From a virus, in the IMG/VR virus record IMGVR_UViG_3300028920_000005, positions 1-64,000 of that record: 64,000 nucleotides of DNA. One strand, written 5' to 3'. Shown here one piece after another: positions 35,483-45,849 of this stretch. Each line of letters opens with the position of its first letter. Positions within the stretch are counted from its first letter, which is position 1. Below the pieces are notes generated by a model. That model saw only the letters and a list, made by a program, of their open reading frames with translations. It ran no database searches and had not been told where the DNA came from. A program made the translations under genes and the position numbers.

Positions 35483-35847
35483 ATGCAAATCTTGAACGTC
35501 CGACCATGGGCGATGTTGGTGCGGCATTGAAGCCGTTTGAGAAGACCCTTAAGGTTGCACATGAGACGCAGCAGCAAGTGGTAGACGGTTATGTGGAGCC
35601 TATTAGAGAGAATCTTGAAACGTTTTTTGGTATTGTGGCACCGGCAAAGTTCTTCAGGTTCAGCAGCCTTGGCGTACACACAGAAGAGAGTACGTTTTTG
35701 TATGTGAGATTAGAGCAGGAGGATTTGCCTGAGATTATGACTAATGATATAATCTATGAGGGTGGTAAGCGTTGGCGTGTAACTGAAGAGATGGATTATG
35801 AACATCAGGCCTGGGCTAAAATCTTTACAGTTCAGAAGGTAACATAA
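35479..35847 (+). CDS. neck / tail completion protein
   Basis: 122 aa, overlapping starts and stops in the structural operon. Confidence 0.4.
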   Translation: MNANLERPTMGDVGAALKPFEKTLKVAHETQQQVVDGYVEPIRENLETFFGIVAPAKFFRFSSLGVHTEESTFLYVRLEQEDLPEIMTNDIIYEGGKRWRVTEEMDYEHQAWAKIFTVQKVT

Positions 35848-36641
35848 TGTTGACAGAAACACAGAAGGCATGGATCATTAGACGGATCCCTAACGAAGTC
35901 ACTGTTGATAATGTTGCCTTTAAGGCTGGCAAGCGTTATGGTAATCAGTTCGAGTTTGATATGTTTCCTGCGATTGTTCTTACGTATGCGGAACAAAGCA
36001 ACTTCATGGGACATTGGCCTATACTTAATAATAAAAGACGATGGACGAATCAGACGAAGGAGAATGTGCGATATCGCAATGGAGTGTTGGTTTATATACT
36101 TACGGTCGATCAGCCTGATATGTTGGTGAGTGTTACAGGCACTGTTGCAGGTAGTGCGTATTCATTTGGTATCGGTGATACACGCGATGTGTATGTGAAT
36201 AGTAGTCGTGAGTTGGAATTTACTGGTGCTACGTTGCCTGATGCAGATACATTGGTCCTTGTTGAATATACTCATCGCACGGTTCGATTGGAGAAGGGGA
36301 ACGAGGTTAATGATAGGTTGACTGTTGACATATGGGCTGAGGATTATGATGACAGGGCCGATGGTGCTGGTCCATATGTTAATGGAGTTAAGATTGTAAA
36401 TGCATTGACTAAGGTTGTTCACGAGTGGTTTAGATATGTTGAGGATATTTATGATGATGCGGGCGATCGCGTTGATGTGACGTTTAAAACAGAAGCTATC
36501 AGGAATTTGGACGATGTGGTCGAAAGTAATATTCGGCGGCTAAGACAATTTGAAGTATACATCGCACACATAGAAGGACTTACTGAGCAGATCCCATCAG
36601 TTGAGACTGTTGAGTGGGAATTCGGTAATGTGTACCCGTGA
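35847..36641 (+). CDS. virion structural protein (neck/tail terminator region)
   Basis: 264 aa; call is positional. Confidence 0.4.
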   Translation: MLTETQKAWIIRRIPNEVTVDNVAFKAGKRYGNQFEFDMFPAIVLTYAEQSNFMGHWPILNNKRRWTNQTKENVRYRNGVLVYILTVDQPDMLVSVTGTVAGSAYSFGIGDTRDVYVNSSRELEFTGATLPDADTLVLVEYTHRTVRLEKGNEVNDRLTVDIWAEDYDDRADGAGPYVNGVKIVNALTKVVHEWFRYVEDIYDDAGDRVDVTFKTEAIRNLDDVVESNIRRLRQFEVYIAHIEGLTEQIPSVETVEWEFGNVYP

Positions 36642-36651
36642 GGGAATAACC

Positions 36652-36987
36652 ATGGCAAAAAGCTATGAAATAAAGGCCAAATCTGGCACGCAGCTGATCA
36701 GTCTGCCTGGGGCACCTGTATTGGGCCCTGGAAAGACGATTGTGGTTGAGTTGCCGGATGGGCCAACAGCCGAGATGAAGCGGTGCCAAGATATTGGTAT
36801 GATTAAGTACCATGAGTATAAGGCACCCGCCAAGTCGAAGGCTCCAACAAAGAAGGAGGAGACTCCGAAAGAGGAGACTGAGCCCGAACCTGAGCCAGAG
36901 CCAGAGCCAGAACCCGAACCCGAGCCAGAACCTAAGGAGACGAAGTCCAAAGGTAAGGGAAAAGGGAGAGGAAAGGGGAAAAAGTGA
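36652..36987 (+). CDS. small protein with (Glu-Pro)n and Lys/Gly-rich tail
   Basis: The ATG at 36652 follows GAGGGA. Sequence MAKSYEIK...TEPEPEPEPEPEPEPEPEPKETKSKGKGKGRGKGKK. Confidence 0.5.
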   Translation: MAKSYEIKAKSGTQLISLPGAPVLGPGKTIVVELPDGPTAEMKRCQDIGMIKYHEYKAPAKSKAPTKKEETPKEETEPEPEPEPEPEPEPEPEPKETKSKGKGKGRGKGKK

Positions 36988-36999
36988 TCGGTGGTATAA

Positions 37000-38271
37000 A
37001 TGCCAGTGAACCCGATTGTAATAGACACCACAATCCAAGCCTATGCTGAGCCTACTGTTACGTACGGTAATATTCTTATCATAGGCCGCGAATCAGGTGG
37101 TAGTGCAAGCGACGATGAGGTTAAACAGTGTGATAGCCTCAATGATGTCGCAACATATTTCGGCAGCACAACGGATATCTACTATGCCGCAGTACAGGCA
37201 TTCAATCAAGGGATAGCCCGTGTGTGGGGCATCAGAGTAAGTCAGACTGCCGTAGCTGTAGAGAGCACACCCGGTGCCGCACTTCATGTGTTGGATAACT
37301 TCCCGGTGAGTGCGACGCCTGCGCCGGCGATAGCTGGTTATACGTTTGAGTATACTTTTGGTGTGCCGACAGATCCAGGTGCATTGAAGGCTATGCTGAA
37401 TCCGTTGACTGGGCAGATATATATCAATAGCGCTGGTCCACATAATGTGGCTTATAGCTACACTGACTGGACTGCAATAGAGGCTATCATCGCTGAGGAA
37501 GCGATAGATATCGTCTGTCTTGCTGGTGCTGAGGGTGATGCACAGTGGTATGGTGAAGTGGATTCCGTTCTGGATATCTGTGACACCAACAAGTGGATTC
37601 TGCCCATGAAGTCTGATCCTGCTGCAGATGCTGCTGATATCGTGACTGATTTCGGAAATTATTCCAGTAGGAATATGCTTGCAGTAGCCTGCAAAGCGCT
37701 GGGATCCAATGAGGATCTCAACGGCGCTTTGGCTGGACTCATAGCACAAATCGAGCCCTGGGACAAACTCATGTGGAAGAGGATTAATGACATAACTGTG
37801 TCTGCCTACTTCACAACGTCCGAGGTAGAGAGTACGCTGGAAGCCGGAAATGTGAACGCAATAATCCTAAAGCAGGCCGCACCACGACTGAGCGATGGCT
37901 TGACGATGGCTGGCGGTGACTATAAGTACATGGACACCACCAGAACCCAGTATTGGCTTGAGGAACAGATCATCGATGATTTGTCTCTGCTGATGCAGAA
38001 CTCGAGAGTTCCATTCACGCAGACCGGTATAGATATCGTGCAGGACACGATTGAAGGTACCTGTGATCTTGCAGTTGCGAATGGGGCCCTACGGAGTCCG
38101 TGGGTTGATAACACGGGCCAAGGCCGGATCGGTTATACCGTTCAGGTGCCCGATTTCAGTGATGTGGCTGATGCTGACAGGTTGGATCGAATCCTGAAGA
38201 ATGTGTATGTGACTGTGTGGTTTGCGGGCCATATCCAGTCGATTACACTGAATTTGGCCATACAGCTGTGA
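37000..38271 (+). CDS. contractile tail sheath protein
   Basis: 423 aa, directly upstream of a tube-like gene. N-terminal ...VTYGNILIIGRESGG... is typical of sheath proteins. Confidence 0.65.
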   Translation: MPVNPIVIDTTIQAYAEPTVTYGNILIIGRESGGSASDDEVKQCDSLNDVATYFGSTTDIYYAAVQAFNQGIARVWGIRVSQTAVAVESTPGAALHVLDNFPVSATPAPAIAGYTFEYTFGVPTDPGALKAMLNPLTGQIYINSAGPHNVAYSYTDWTAIEAIIAEEAIDIVCLAGAEGDAQWYGEVDSVLDICDTNKWILPMKSDPAADAADIVTDFGNYSSRNMLAVACKALGSNEDLNGALAGLIAQIEPWDKLMWKRINDITVSAYFTTSEVESTLEAGNVNAIILKQAAPRLSDGLTMAGGDYKYMDTTRTQYWLEEQIIDDLSLLMQNSRVPFTQTGIDIVQDTIEGTCDLAVANGALRSPWVDNTGQGRIGYTVQVPDFSDVADADRLDRILKNVYVTVWFAGHIQSITLNLAIQL

Positions 38272-38281
38272 GGTGATATGA

Positions 38282-38773
38282 ATGCCTGACGAAGAAGGAA
38301 TAATCCAGGAACCTGAGGTGTACGATGTACGCAAAGTAGACCTTATCATTGCCGGACAGATCATAACAGGAATAGGGGAGGATGGATTCGGCATAACTCC
38401 TGCAGAGGAGAATATGCTGATTAAAGGTCTGAAAGGTGAGGGTGGGTTTAGTATGGATCCGTCTACTGCAGCTGAGGCCACTGTCTCACTGCTATCGACG
38501 AGTCCGAGTAATCAGTACCTCAGACAACTGTGGAAGAGACAGAACCCAGGAATGAATGCCGCTGCGCCAAGGCCCTTTACCTTTTTGGTACGGGTGAAAA
38601 CGACGTATGCGGAAGCCTTTGGGTTCATGAAAAAATATATCAGGTACACCATGATACAGGGTCCTCCTGAGTTGGTGACTGAGAAAGAAGCACCGCAGTA
38701 TGAGTGGAAGTTCATTGGGTATGGGTACGAGGAAACTCCGCCCGTATTCCTGAACGATGTTCCACTAGCCTGA
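38282..38773 (+). CDS. tail tube protein
   Basis: 163 aa. VDLIIAGQIITGIGEDGFGITPAEE...GEGGFSMDPSTAAEATVSLLSTSPSNQYL resembles XkdM/FII-type tube proteins. Confidence 0.6.
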   Translation: MPDEEGIIQEPEVYDVRKVDLIIAGQIITGIGEDGFGITPAEENMLIKGLKGEGGFSMDPSTAAEATVSLLSTSPSNQYLRQLWKRQNPGMNAAAPRPFTFLVRVKTTYAEAFGFMKKYIRYTMIQGPPELVTEKEAPQYEWKFIGYGYEETPPVFLNDVPLA

Positions 38774-38860
38774 TAGTGCCGGAAAACGAAAGACAAGAAA
38801 ATATGAGGTGATTGCATAGGAGAGAAAAACTCTCAGTCGCGACCACCCAGAGTGAGGGTC

Positions 38861-38886
38861 GGAGAGGGGGCGAAAGCCTCTTCTCC
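38861..38886 (+). promoter_or_regulatory. GAAA-tetraloop hairpin between the tube and chaperone genes
   Basis: GGAGAGGGGGC-GAAA-GCCTCTTCTCC gives about 11 bp including G-U pairs. No U-tract follows. Confidence 0.35.
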
Positions 38887-38950
38887 ACCTTCACCGACCA
38901 AACAGAACATCGATCATCTCCTGGTCGACGATGTGCCAAAGGAGATAACA

Positions 38951-39232
38951 GTGAAGGGTGTGACGTTTCAGGTCCGCGAAGCCGATGGTGAGTATGTAAT
39001 GAAGCTCATCGATAAGTGCACTCGTGGCGACCCGATGCGGCCAGAAACTCTGAGACTGGATCGCGGAGAATACCTCAGCGCATTGATCGAGCACTGTGTG
39101 GTTAGCCCCAAACTGCCTCGAGGAAGGATTAAGCCCGGTGTATACACTGAGCTTGGTACTGAGATCGAGAAGTTTTTAGGTCTGGGAGAGGTGGCGCAAA
39201 AAAACTTAAGCGAGATGTCGAACGAGAAATAG
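38951..39232 (+). CDS. tail assembly chaperone (G-like, zero-frame product)
   Basis: The track ORF begins at GTG 38852 but runs through the hairpin. GTG 38951 follows AAGGAG by 6 nt. Position between tube and tape measure. Confidence 0.6.
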   Translation: MKGVTFQVREADGEYVMKLIDKCTRGDPMRPETLRLDRGEYLSALIEHCVVSPKLPRGRIKPGVYTELGTEIEKFLGLGEVAQKNLSEMSNEK

Positions 39233-39417
39233 AACTCTGGTTAATAGCCAAAGAGTTTTCGATCGACATCGAAGTGGTGGAGAAGTGGCCTATAAGAAAG
39301 ATCAAAAGGTATGGTGCCTTTCTGATGTGGTATTATGAAAACCAAAACGATGCAATGAAAGGCAAAGCACCTAGATCTAAGGGCAAGAAAAAACTGCATA
39401 AGTTTCACTTCAAGTGA
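38951..39417 (+). CDS. tail assembly chaperone, -1 frameshift-extended product (GT-like)
   Basis: The slippery heptamer A AAA AAC at 39199-39205 is in the zero frame (CAA AAA AAC). The -1 frame is then open for 71 codons (KLKRDVEREIELWLIAKEFSIDIEVVEKWPIRK...) to TGA 39415-39417, 13 nt before the tape measure ATG. Confidence 0.65.
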
Positions 39418-39429
39418 GACCACGGAGGT

Positions 39430-42195
39430 ATGAAGATGGTTGCTGGGACACAATCCCTTGTTGTTAGCAGAACAATCGCTGTAGTGGCTACTCAAAATGC
39501 CGCACAGGCACAGCGACAGCTTCAACAAGTACAGGAGGCGTCTAATAGCACATCGGAATCATTCCAACGTCTTCGTACCTCTCTTTTATATTTGTCGTTT
39601 GGATACCTTGCGTTAGGGGGAATATTAGGGCAGTTTGCCAGATCACTGACAACTGTAAAAGATACGATGCTTAATACGTATGCTGGCATTGAATATTCTG
39701 CGACGCAGGTAAGTACAATTTTAGTTGGGACCGCGGCCGAGACCGGGAGAGTTTATGAAACGATGATGCAGCTTGGTCGTGAGACCGAGTATACTGCTAC
39801 CCAGGTTGGGGAAGCATTAACTAAGCTTGCTATGGCAGGTTTGAATGCAGATGAGGCATTAGATTCCGTTGGCGGAACTCTAATGTTAGCTACTATCGGA
39901 ATGATGGATATTGATAGAGCTACTGATATAGCTGTAGGTGCTCTTAACAGCTTTAATTTGGTTAGTAGGTACGGTGGGGATGCGGCAGCGGCTTTGACAC
40001 AGTCCGTTGCGATGTTGGCACATTCGGCAACGAATTCGGCAGCTACTGTTGAAATGATGGGTGAGGCCATCAAGTATGCTGGTGCGATTGCCGAGATGGT
40101 CAATGTCTCAATGGCAGAAACGATTGGATTTTTGATGATTGCAGCAGATAATATGCAGCGAGCTGGGATAGCTGGTCGGTCGTTGCGTATGTCTATATTG
40201 CGGTTGTCCCAAGCTATTGGACTTCAGACCAATGGGGTTCGAATGGCGCAAGAAGTTATTGATAAGTATAATGTGCAATTGACTAATACCGATGGATCTA
40301 TGAAAGGATTGGCTGATACTGTTGATGAGTTGGATGATAAATTTGGTGATATGCAGGATGCACAGCAGTTAGCTATTATGACACAGCTCATGGGTGCCAG
40401 AGCTTCAACCTCTTGGGCTGCGAACCTTAGAGAAGGCAGAGATGCAATGGAGGCGGAAAGAGAGGAGTGGTTAAAGTCACATGATACTTTGGAAGGGTTC
40501 ATTCCTACATATCGATCAGCTGGAGATATGATTAGGAAGAATGAGATAGCCTTAGAGGCAGCTACGGCAAAAGAAATGTTATATAGAGCTGGTGTGAAGG
40601 ATACAACTAAGGTTATGAAGGCTTGGAGATCTGAGATTGATCGCACAGGCGCAGTTAGTGCTGAGTTCTTTGATGATATGGGAATGAGCGCTGAGGAACA
40701 GCAGAAGATTATTGATGTTTTGTTAATGTCGAGAGAGAACACTCAGTTGTGGACTGATGCTGTTGAGGATGCGTCAGATGCTTCTAAGATTTGGGAAGAT
40801 AGGTTGGCGACATTGGAAGGGAGTACTAAAATTTTAGAGAGCAGTATAGAGACTCTCTATGCGGCATTAGCGGAAGATTTGGCGCCGTTTATGATGAAGT
40901 TTAATAAGGCCATGACGGATTTGGCTAATATCTTGTCCAGTATGCCGAAGCCATTGAAAATGGTAGTAGGATTCATGGTACTATTCGGTAGTGTGATTTT
41001 TACTGCTGCCAGTAAAGTAATGCTGTTGCTTGGTTCAGTGGTAATGTTATCGGCCGCATTGGTGTATATGCAAAGGAACACTGCGGGAGCTACGAAGGCT
41101 ACGCAAACATATACTTGGTCACAGGTAAAGGCCCTCTGGGTAGAAAGAAAGAGAACTCAGCAAGCCGGTCTCACTGTCACGGGCCTTAGAATTGTTGTCA
41201 GAGAAATGAAGATTGCCGCTTACAGCACATACATGTGGGTGAGGGCAAATGTGAAGTTGTTAGCATCCATGGGTATTTTGGCAGTGCTTGCATATAAGTT
41301 GACACAGTATTATAAAGATGGTAATCAAGTGATGGTCTTTATTACGGGGACCATTGCAGGATTGGTATTCTGGTTCGGTGTATTGAACCAGCAGCAGAGA
41401 AATAATGTCGCTACGGCACTTAAAAACATTGCCGTTAAGTGGAGAGAGATACAAGCTGAAGGAGGATTAATTGCTGCTATTAAGCGCAAGAATATTGCAC
41501 TTCAGCAATCGCAAGTAAATTATTGGGCAGCATCTATGGCCGCGCAAGGATACACGGTTACGATGCATTATTCGACTGCAATGAATAAGAATTTCTTTGT
41601 TGCGACTAAGGTCACATCCACTGGATTGAAAACACAAGAAATGGCAACATGGCAAGGGACTGCTGCCAATTGGGCATATTCCACGTCTCTATGGGCAATT
41701 TTAGCGCCGCTAATGTTAATAGCGGCAGTAATGTTTGCCGTTGCCTTTTCAATGAAGAAAACTGAACATGGGGCCCAGAAGGTTGAAAACTCAATGGAGA
41801 GGTTGAGTAAGTCAGCATTAATGACACAGCGCGTGTTCCAACAACAAGATAAAGATTTTGATAGTATGTATGGACATAGCACTGTGCCTGAGTACTTTAG
41901 ACGTGGTACTGGTGAAGTGATTGGTTCCTTGCAGACTATGCAGAAGGCCGCAGTTACGACGCCCGAAGGCATCAGAAAAGATATCAAGTCACCTTTGGTA
42001 GATAGATTTAGGCGTGCGAGATCTGCCGCAGGTAAGAAAGTCATTAGTCCTAAAATTGATATCAATATGTCGAATATGAAGGTTGGCAGCGTTAAGGATG
42101 CCAGAGAGATACGCGACATGGTTAAGTTATCTGTTCAACAAGCAACAGATGATCTCTTAGCTTCAATAGAGTATGAGTCAGGTGGTGAGGTATAA
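39430..42195 (+). CDS. tail tape measure protein
   Basis: 921 aa, Ala/Met-rich helical N-terminal half, hydrophobic segments at about residues 500-760, located after the chaperone pair. Confidence 0.8.
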   Translation: MKMVAGTQSLVVSRTIAVVATQNAAQAQRQLQQVQEASNSTSESFQRLRTSLLYLSFGYLALGGILGQFARSLTTVKDTMLNTYAGIEYSATQVSTILVGTAAETGRVYETMMQLGRETEYTATQVGEALTKLAMAGLNADEALDSVGGTLMLATIGMMDIDRATDIAVGALNSFNLVSRYGGDAAAALTQSVAMLAHSATNSAATVEMMGEAIKYAGAIAEMVNVSMAETIGFLMIAADNMQRAGIAGRSLRMSILRLSQAIGLQTNGVRMAQEVIDKYNVQLTNTDGSMKGLADTVDELDDKFGDMQDAQQLAIMTQLMGARASTSWAANLREGRDAMEAEREEWLKSHDTLEGFIPTYRSAGDMIRKNEIALEAATAKEMLYRAGVKDTTKVMKAWRSEIDRTGAVSAEFFDDMGMSAEEQQKIIDVLLMSRENTQLWTDAVEDASDASKIWEDRLATLEGSTKILESSIETLYAALAEDLAPFMMKFNKAMTDLANILSSMPKPLKMVVGFMVLFGSVIFTAASKVMLLLGSVVMLSAALVYMQRNTAGATKATQTYTWSQVKALWVERKRTQQAGLTVTGLRIVVREMKIAAYSTYMWVRANVKLLASMGILAVLAYKLTQYYKDGNQVMVFITGTIAGLVFWFGVLNQQQRNNVATALKNIAVKWREIQAEGGLIAAIKRKNIALQQSQVNYWAASMAAQGYTVTMHYSTAMNKNFFVATKVTSTGLKTQEMATWQGTAANWAYSTSLWAILAPLMLIAAVMFAVAFSMKKTEHGAQKVENSMERLSKSALMTQRVFQQQDKDFDSMYGHSTVPEYFRRGTGEVIGSLQTMQKAAVTTPEGIRKDIKSPLVDRFRRARSAAGKKVISPKIDINMSNMKVGSVKDAREIRDMVKLSVQQATDDLLASIEYESGGEV

Positions 42196-42806
42196 TGGTT
42201 ACTAGGTTTAATGAAAACCCCGCACTTAACTTCCGCGATTGTGTCGTTAAGGAACAGGAGACTGGCAACACATTTAAGTTCCATACTGTGACCAATCTTC
42301 AGTTTGCCAAGTCTGCCGAACTTACGGATTCTGCAATCGATGCAGGGCAAGAAGCTTTGGTCCCAATATCGTGGCACATGGCCGTAGACAACCCTGAATT
42401 TACAATGTCTTTGGATGCTTGGGAATGGGGCCCTGGATACAGAGATTCTCTGTTTGAGCATTTAAAGTTTTGGATGAATGGAAGAAAGTTATTGACCTTT
42501 ACTAATGAGTTCGGTTCATACACTGATTGTGTGATACTTGATATTAATTTAGATGCTACTAAGGATTCATATAATGTGTGGAAGGCAGAGATAAAGATTA
42601 AACAGATTGCAGTTGTTACGCGTAAAGTCACATATTTTTATGCCATATATGATGATGAAGGTAAGCCGTATTCCGCATCACCGCAAACAAGTGGTGGTTT
42701 GACAATTGTTCTTCCATCGCCGGAGCAAATTGAAGAGGGTGATACTGAAGCGTTAGAGATCAAGTATACTACGATTGAACCAGCCGTAGTGGGGTTAGAG
42801 TCATGA
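42195..42806 (+). CDS. tail/baseplate protein
   Basis: 203 aa; ATGA overlap with the tape measure stop; call is positional. Confidence 0.4.
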   Translation: MVTRFNENPALNFRDCVVKEQETGNTFKFHTVTNLQFAKSAELTDSAIDAGQEALVPISWHMAVDNPEFTMSLDAWEWGPGYRDSLFEHLKFWMNGRKLLTFTNEFGSYTDCVILDINLDATKDSYNVWKAEIKIKQIAVVTRKVTYFYAIYDDEGKPYSASPQTSGGLTIVLPSPEQIEEGDTEALEIKYTTIEPAVVGLES

Positions 42807-43165
42807 CATTGTATGTGAATTGGGTTAAAGTCCCTATAAATTATAGTATAGGTTACCCGCAAAAGAACAGTGTCCAACTCGGTGGGTATGGATTCGATTT
42901 TATTTGGAAGTTGAACTATACACAGTTGTTCAATGATGAAGATCGTGAGTATACGGTGCATGTGAAAGTGATCTTGCAACAAGATAAAACCGTTGTGTAT
43001 AATGGAAAGTTGTGCCAAGGTTCCACATATCCTGTTTTGAGTCCATGGAGTGGCAGACTGTGGTTTTGGCTCAAAGTGTTTAATCTTGATGTTGCAGATA
43101 TGGATGTTAGGGCTTTGCCGGCGAATTGGATTCGCACTGGCAATTGGTTAATTGAGACGGATTAA
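42803..43165 (+). CDS. tail/baseplate protein
   Basis: 120 aa; call is positional. Confidence 0.35.
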   Translation: MTLYVNWVKVPINYSIGYPQKNSVQLGGYGFDFIWKLNYTQLFNDEDREYTVHVKVILQQDKTVVYNGKLCQGSTYPVLSPWSGRLWFWLKVFNLDVADMDVRALPANWIRTGNWLIETD

Positions 43166-43166
43166 A

Positions 43167-44816
43167 ATGTCGAGTTCACAGACTGGATCCGGGATGCGTA
43201 TCGCAGGTAAAATAGTCGAGTTTATGGCGCCACCGGTTAATTATGCTTTAAAGGGTGTCGAGAGAGTTAAGAGTAGTCAGAAGCCGCCTGCCGGTAGTGG
43301 AAGCTTATATAATTTTGTGAATGAGCCAGATTTGACTTGGTTAAAGTATGTGCAGGTTACAACGGCGCCTGGCCCAGATAATATGAAAAAATACCGTGGT
43401 CTTGACCTAGGTGCCTGGTCGTTTAGCTTTAAATTCGAAAAGTTATATGAGCGAGATGAAAGGATAGTAAGTCAAGTATTTCACTCTGGTAGACCGGGAA
43501 CTGAATTTGATCATGTGCAGCGACCTCAAACGGAAAAGTCAACACAAAGTAATGCGTTTACTAAAACTGTTGCAGATCTGGTGAATAAAGCTGCAAGTCT
43601 TAAAAGAGATATAGTTGGACCCTCACCAACAAGAGATAATCTCTATTGGGAAGAAGGCTATGAGATTGAGTTAGAGATTCAGAAAAATGATACTGAGAGT
43701 GAGAATCAGGCCGTAATAAAAATACATAATGTGCACCCTGATTTGCATTCTGAGTTTGAAATTGGCAGAATGATTAGAGTTGAAGCAGGTTGGATAAATG
43801 ATTATGATTTGATTTTTACTGGTAAGATCAATCTCTTTCATGTTGAGCGTGATGGCACTGATACGGTGTGTATTATTAAGGCTGAGACTTGGGAGAATTA
43901 TTATCTCGATGCACAATTGACTTTTAATAAAGATCAATTGGGATTATTAAAGAATATGCATGGATCGGATGTGATTAAGAGAATTTGTGAGATGTACAAT
44001 TTTCCTATTGGTTATATTGAAGTGACTCCATATTATAGATTCACGGGCGATCTGTCAATGAATGCTTATTCTATGGCAGAGATACTTGAAATAGTCACTG
44101 ATTGGATTAATATGGAGTATAATTTGTATGAAGATGGTGTTGGTAATTTTGGTGGGAATCAGATAAAACCTAAAGTAGGCAACAATGAAACAACTACTGA
44201 TGATTACAGTTATGGTAGGCGCGAAGGTGGTAAGACACATATCAGGGGTCGTGTTGGTGGTACCTTTTATCATACGCCGAAGAGTTTTTCTTGGATGATA
44301 TATTATGGTAGATTATATTGGATGCGGAATGAAAAGATGTTGCCAAATGGTATGATTTTGAGTCCTTATACTGGGTTACTGAGTTATAAGTTTGAGACAA
44401 CAGATGAGGGCGATGTACAGTATAAGGCAAATCATCTATTTTTGCCTCATATTACAGAGGGCATGACTGTGCGTATTGTTTGGTCATGGATTTTAGAGGG
44501 AATGGGCTTTTTCGAAGTGCTCGGTGTTAAACATGTGTCAGATGATTCAACACATGAGACACAGCTATTATTGCAGCCTATTGATATGACTGGCGAATCT
44601 AAGATTGCGTTTTATGACTATGGTGGTTGGAATTCACGTCGATTTGTGGGTGAAAATTTAGTTGATAGGGGCGAGATACCATTATGGATGGACTTGGATG
44701 ACTATGATGATATTGGTCCGATTTCATCAGAAAGTACAGAGAGGCCAGTGCCTACATATGCGACAGTTCCTGATGATGAGGCTGATTATTATCAGGGTGA
44801 GGAGATAGTGGAGTGA
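43167..44816 (+). CDS. baseplate hub / late-control-D-like protein
   Basis: About 549 aa from the ATG at 43167. Size and position upstream of a spike-like gene. Confidence 0.45.
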   Translation: MSSSQTGSGMRIAGKIVEFMAPPVNYALKGVERVKSSQKPPAGSGSLYNFVNEPDLTWLKYVQVTTAPGPDNMKKYRGLDLGAWSFSFKFEKLYERDERIVSQVFHSGRPGTEFDHVQRPQTEKSTQSNAFTKTVADLVNKAASLKRDIVGPSPTRDNLYWEEGYEIELEIQKNDTESENQAVIKIHNVHPDLHSEFEIGRMIRVEAGWINDYDLIFTGKINLFHVERDGTDTVCIIKAETWENYYLDAQLTFNKDQLGLLKNMHGSDVIKRICEMYNFPIGYIEVTPYYRFTGDLSMNAYSMAEILEIVTDWINMEYNLYEDGVGNFGGNQIKPKVGNNETTTDDYSYGRREGGKTHIRGRVGGTFYHTPKSFSWMIYYGRLYWMRNEKMLPNGMILSPYTGLLSYKFETTDEGDVQYKANHLFLPHITEGMTVRIVWSWILEGMGFFEVLGVKHVSDDSTHETQLLLQPIDMTGESKIAFYDYGGWNSRRFVGENLVDRGEIPLWMDLDDYDDIGPISSESTERPVPTYATVPDDEADYYQGEEIVE

Positions 44817-44823
44817 GGTTAAT

Positions 44824-45849
44824 ATGCCAGTGAGACGAGCCACTAGACGTGATCCACCTGGTAAGATATTCAAACGTTTCGTACGAGATATGTTGAATAA
44901 GTCTTGGACTTTGTGCCCAGTGAAGATTGTTGGATTGTATGCGGATGAGATGAGGGCTGATATTGTTATTAAATTCAAGGCCAAGAACATTGAGCCCATG
45001 GTCGTGAGAAAAGTCCCAATTGTGGTTCCACGTGGCGGCAATGCGGCCCTAATAATGCCGTTCAAGGTCAATGATATATGTTTAGCCGGCTTCTCGAAAT
45101 ACGCACTACATCACCTTCTAGATAATCGTGAAGTTACAGATCGTACATTCACGAAGTATTCGAAATTGTTCAATGTCTCTGAAGCCATGATCCTTGGTGG
45201 GTTTGTCCTTAATTCTGAAGTCGGTGAGGCAATTGATCTTGCCTCCGGGCCAAATTGGTCGATACCCACTGATGGGCCTGTGTTGGCCTCAGACGAGAAC
45301 TTCCTACTACATTCCCGTAAGTTTATTAAGCTGGGCGGCGATTCATTATACAAATGGTCTGTTGTGCAGCCGGGTAGTATCATTGTGCCTGGTCAAACAA
45401 TTGAGCCATTAGATGGAAGTCGAGGTGTAGGGGTTCCGATGGGAGCCTCGGACGAATGTTCCTTTTCTTGGTTAGTGCCTGATGATTGGGACCGAAGTGT
45501 AACGTCGCCGCCGTCTGTGTTCATTGATTGTCTTGTTGGGGCCAGTGCGAGTGGGACGTTGGGTTTCGATGGATTGTTTTACTGTTCTAAGGAAGATCAA
45601 CAACATGATTCGAATCCCGGAGTTATGGACTGGAATCCGCAGATACTTCTTTCTATGCCGCAGCCGTACACACATAGGGTTGAACATGATTATTGTGAAG
45701 ATTGGCCGCCACCGGATAAATGGTATGGGGTTGATTTCCATTTCACCAGAACAGGAACATATGCAAATGATATATGGATCCGAAGGATTATCTTCCAGTA
45801 TAAGCGCGATCAATTAGGTTATGCACTGAATTATGAGACTATAGTATGA
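44824..45849 (+). CDS. baseplate central spike (gpV / Mu gp45-like OB fold)
   Basis: VKIVGLYADEMRADIVIKF...VRKVPIVVPRGGNAALIMPFKVNDICLAGF resembles the Phage_base_V N-terminal domain. Confidence 0.5.
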   Translation: MPVRRATRRDPPGKIFKRFVRDMLNKSWTLCPVKIVGLYADEMRADIVIKFKAKNIEPMVVRKVPIVVPRGGNAALIMPFKVNDICLAGFSKYALHHLLDNREVTDRTFTKYSKLFNVSEAMILGGFVLNSEVGEAIDLASGPNWSIPTDGPVLASDENFLLHSRKFIKLGGDSLYKWSVVQPGSIIVPGQTIEPLDGSRGVGVPMGASDECSFSWLVPDDWDRSVTSPPSVFIDCLVGASASGTLGFDGLFYCSKEDQQHDSNPGVMDWNPQILLSMPQPYTHRVEHDYCEDWPPPDKWYGVDFHFTRTGTYANDIWIRRIIFQYKRDQLGYALNYETIV

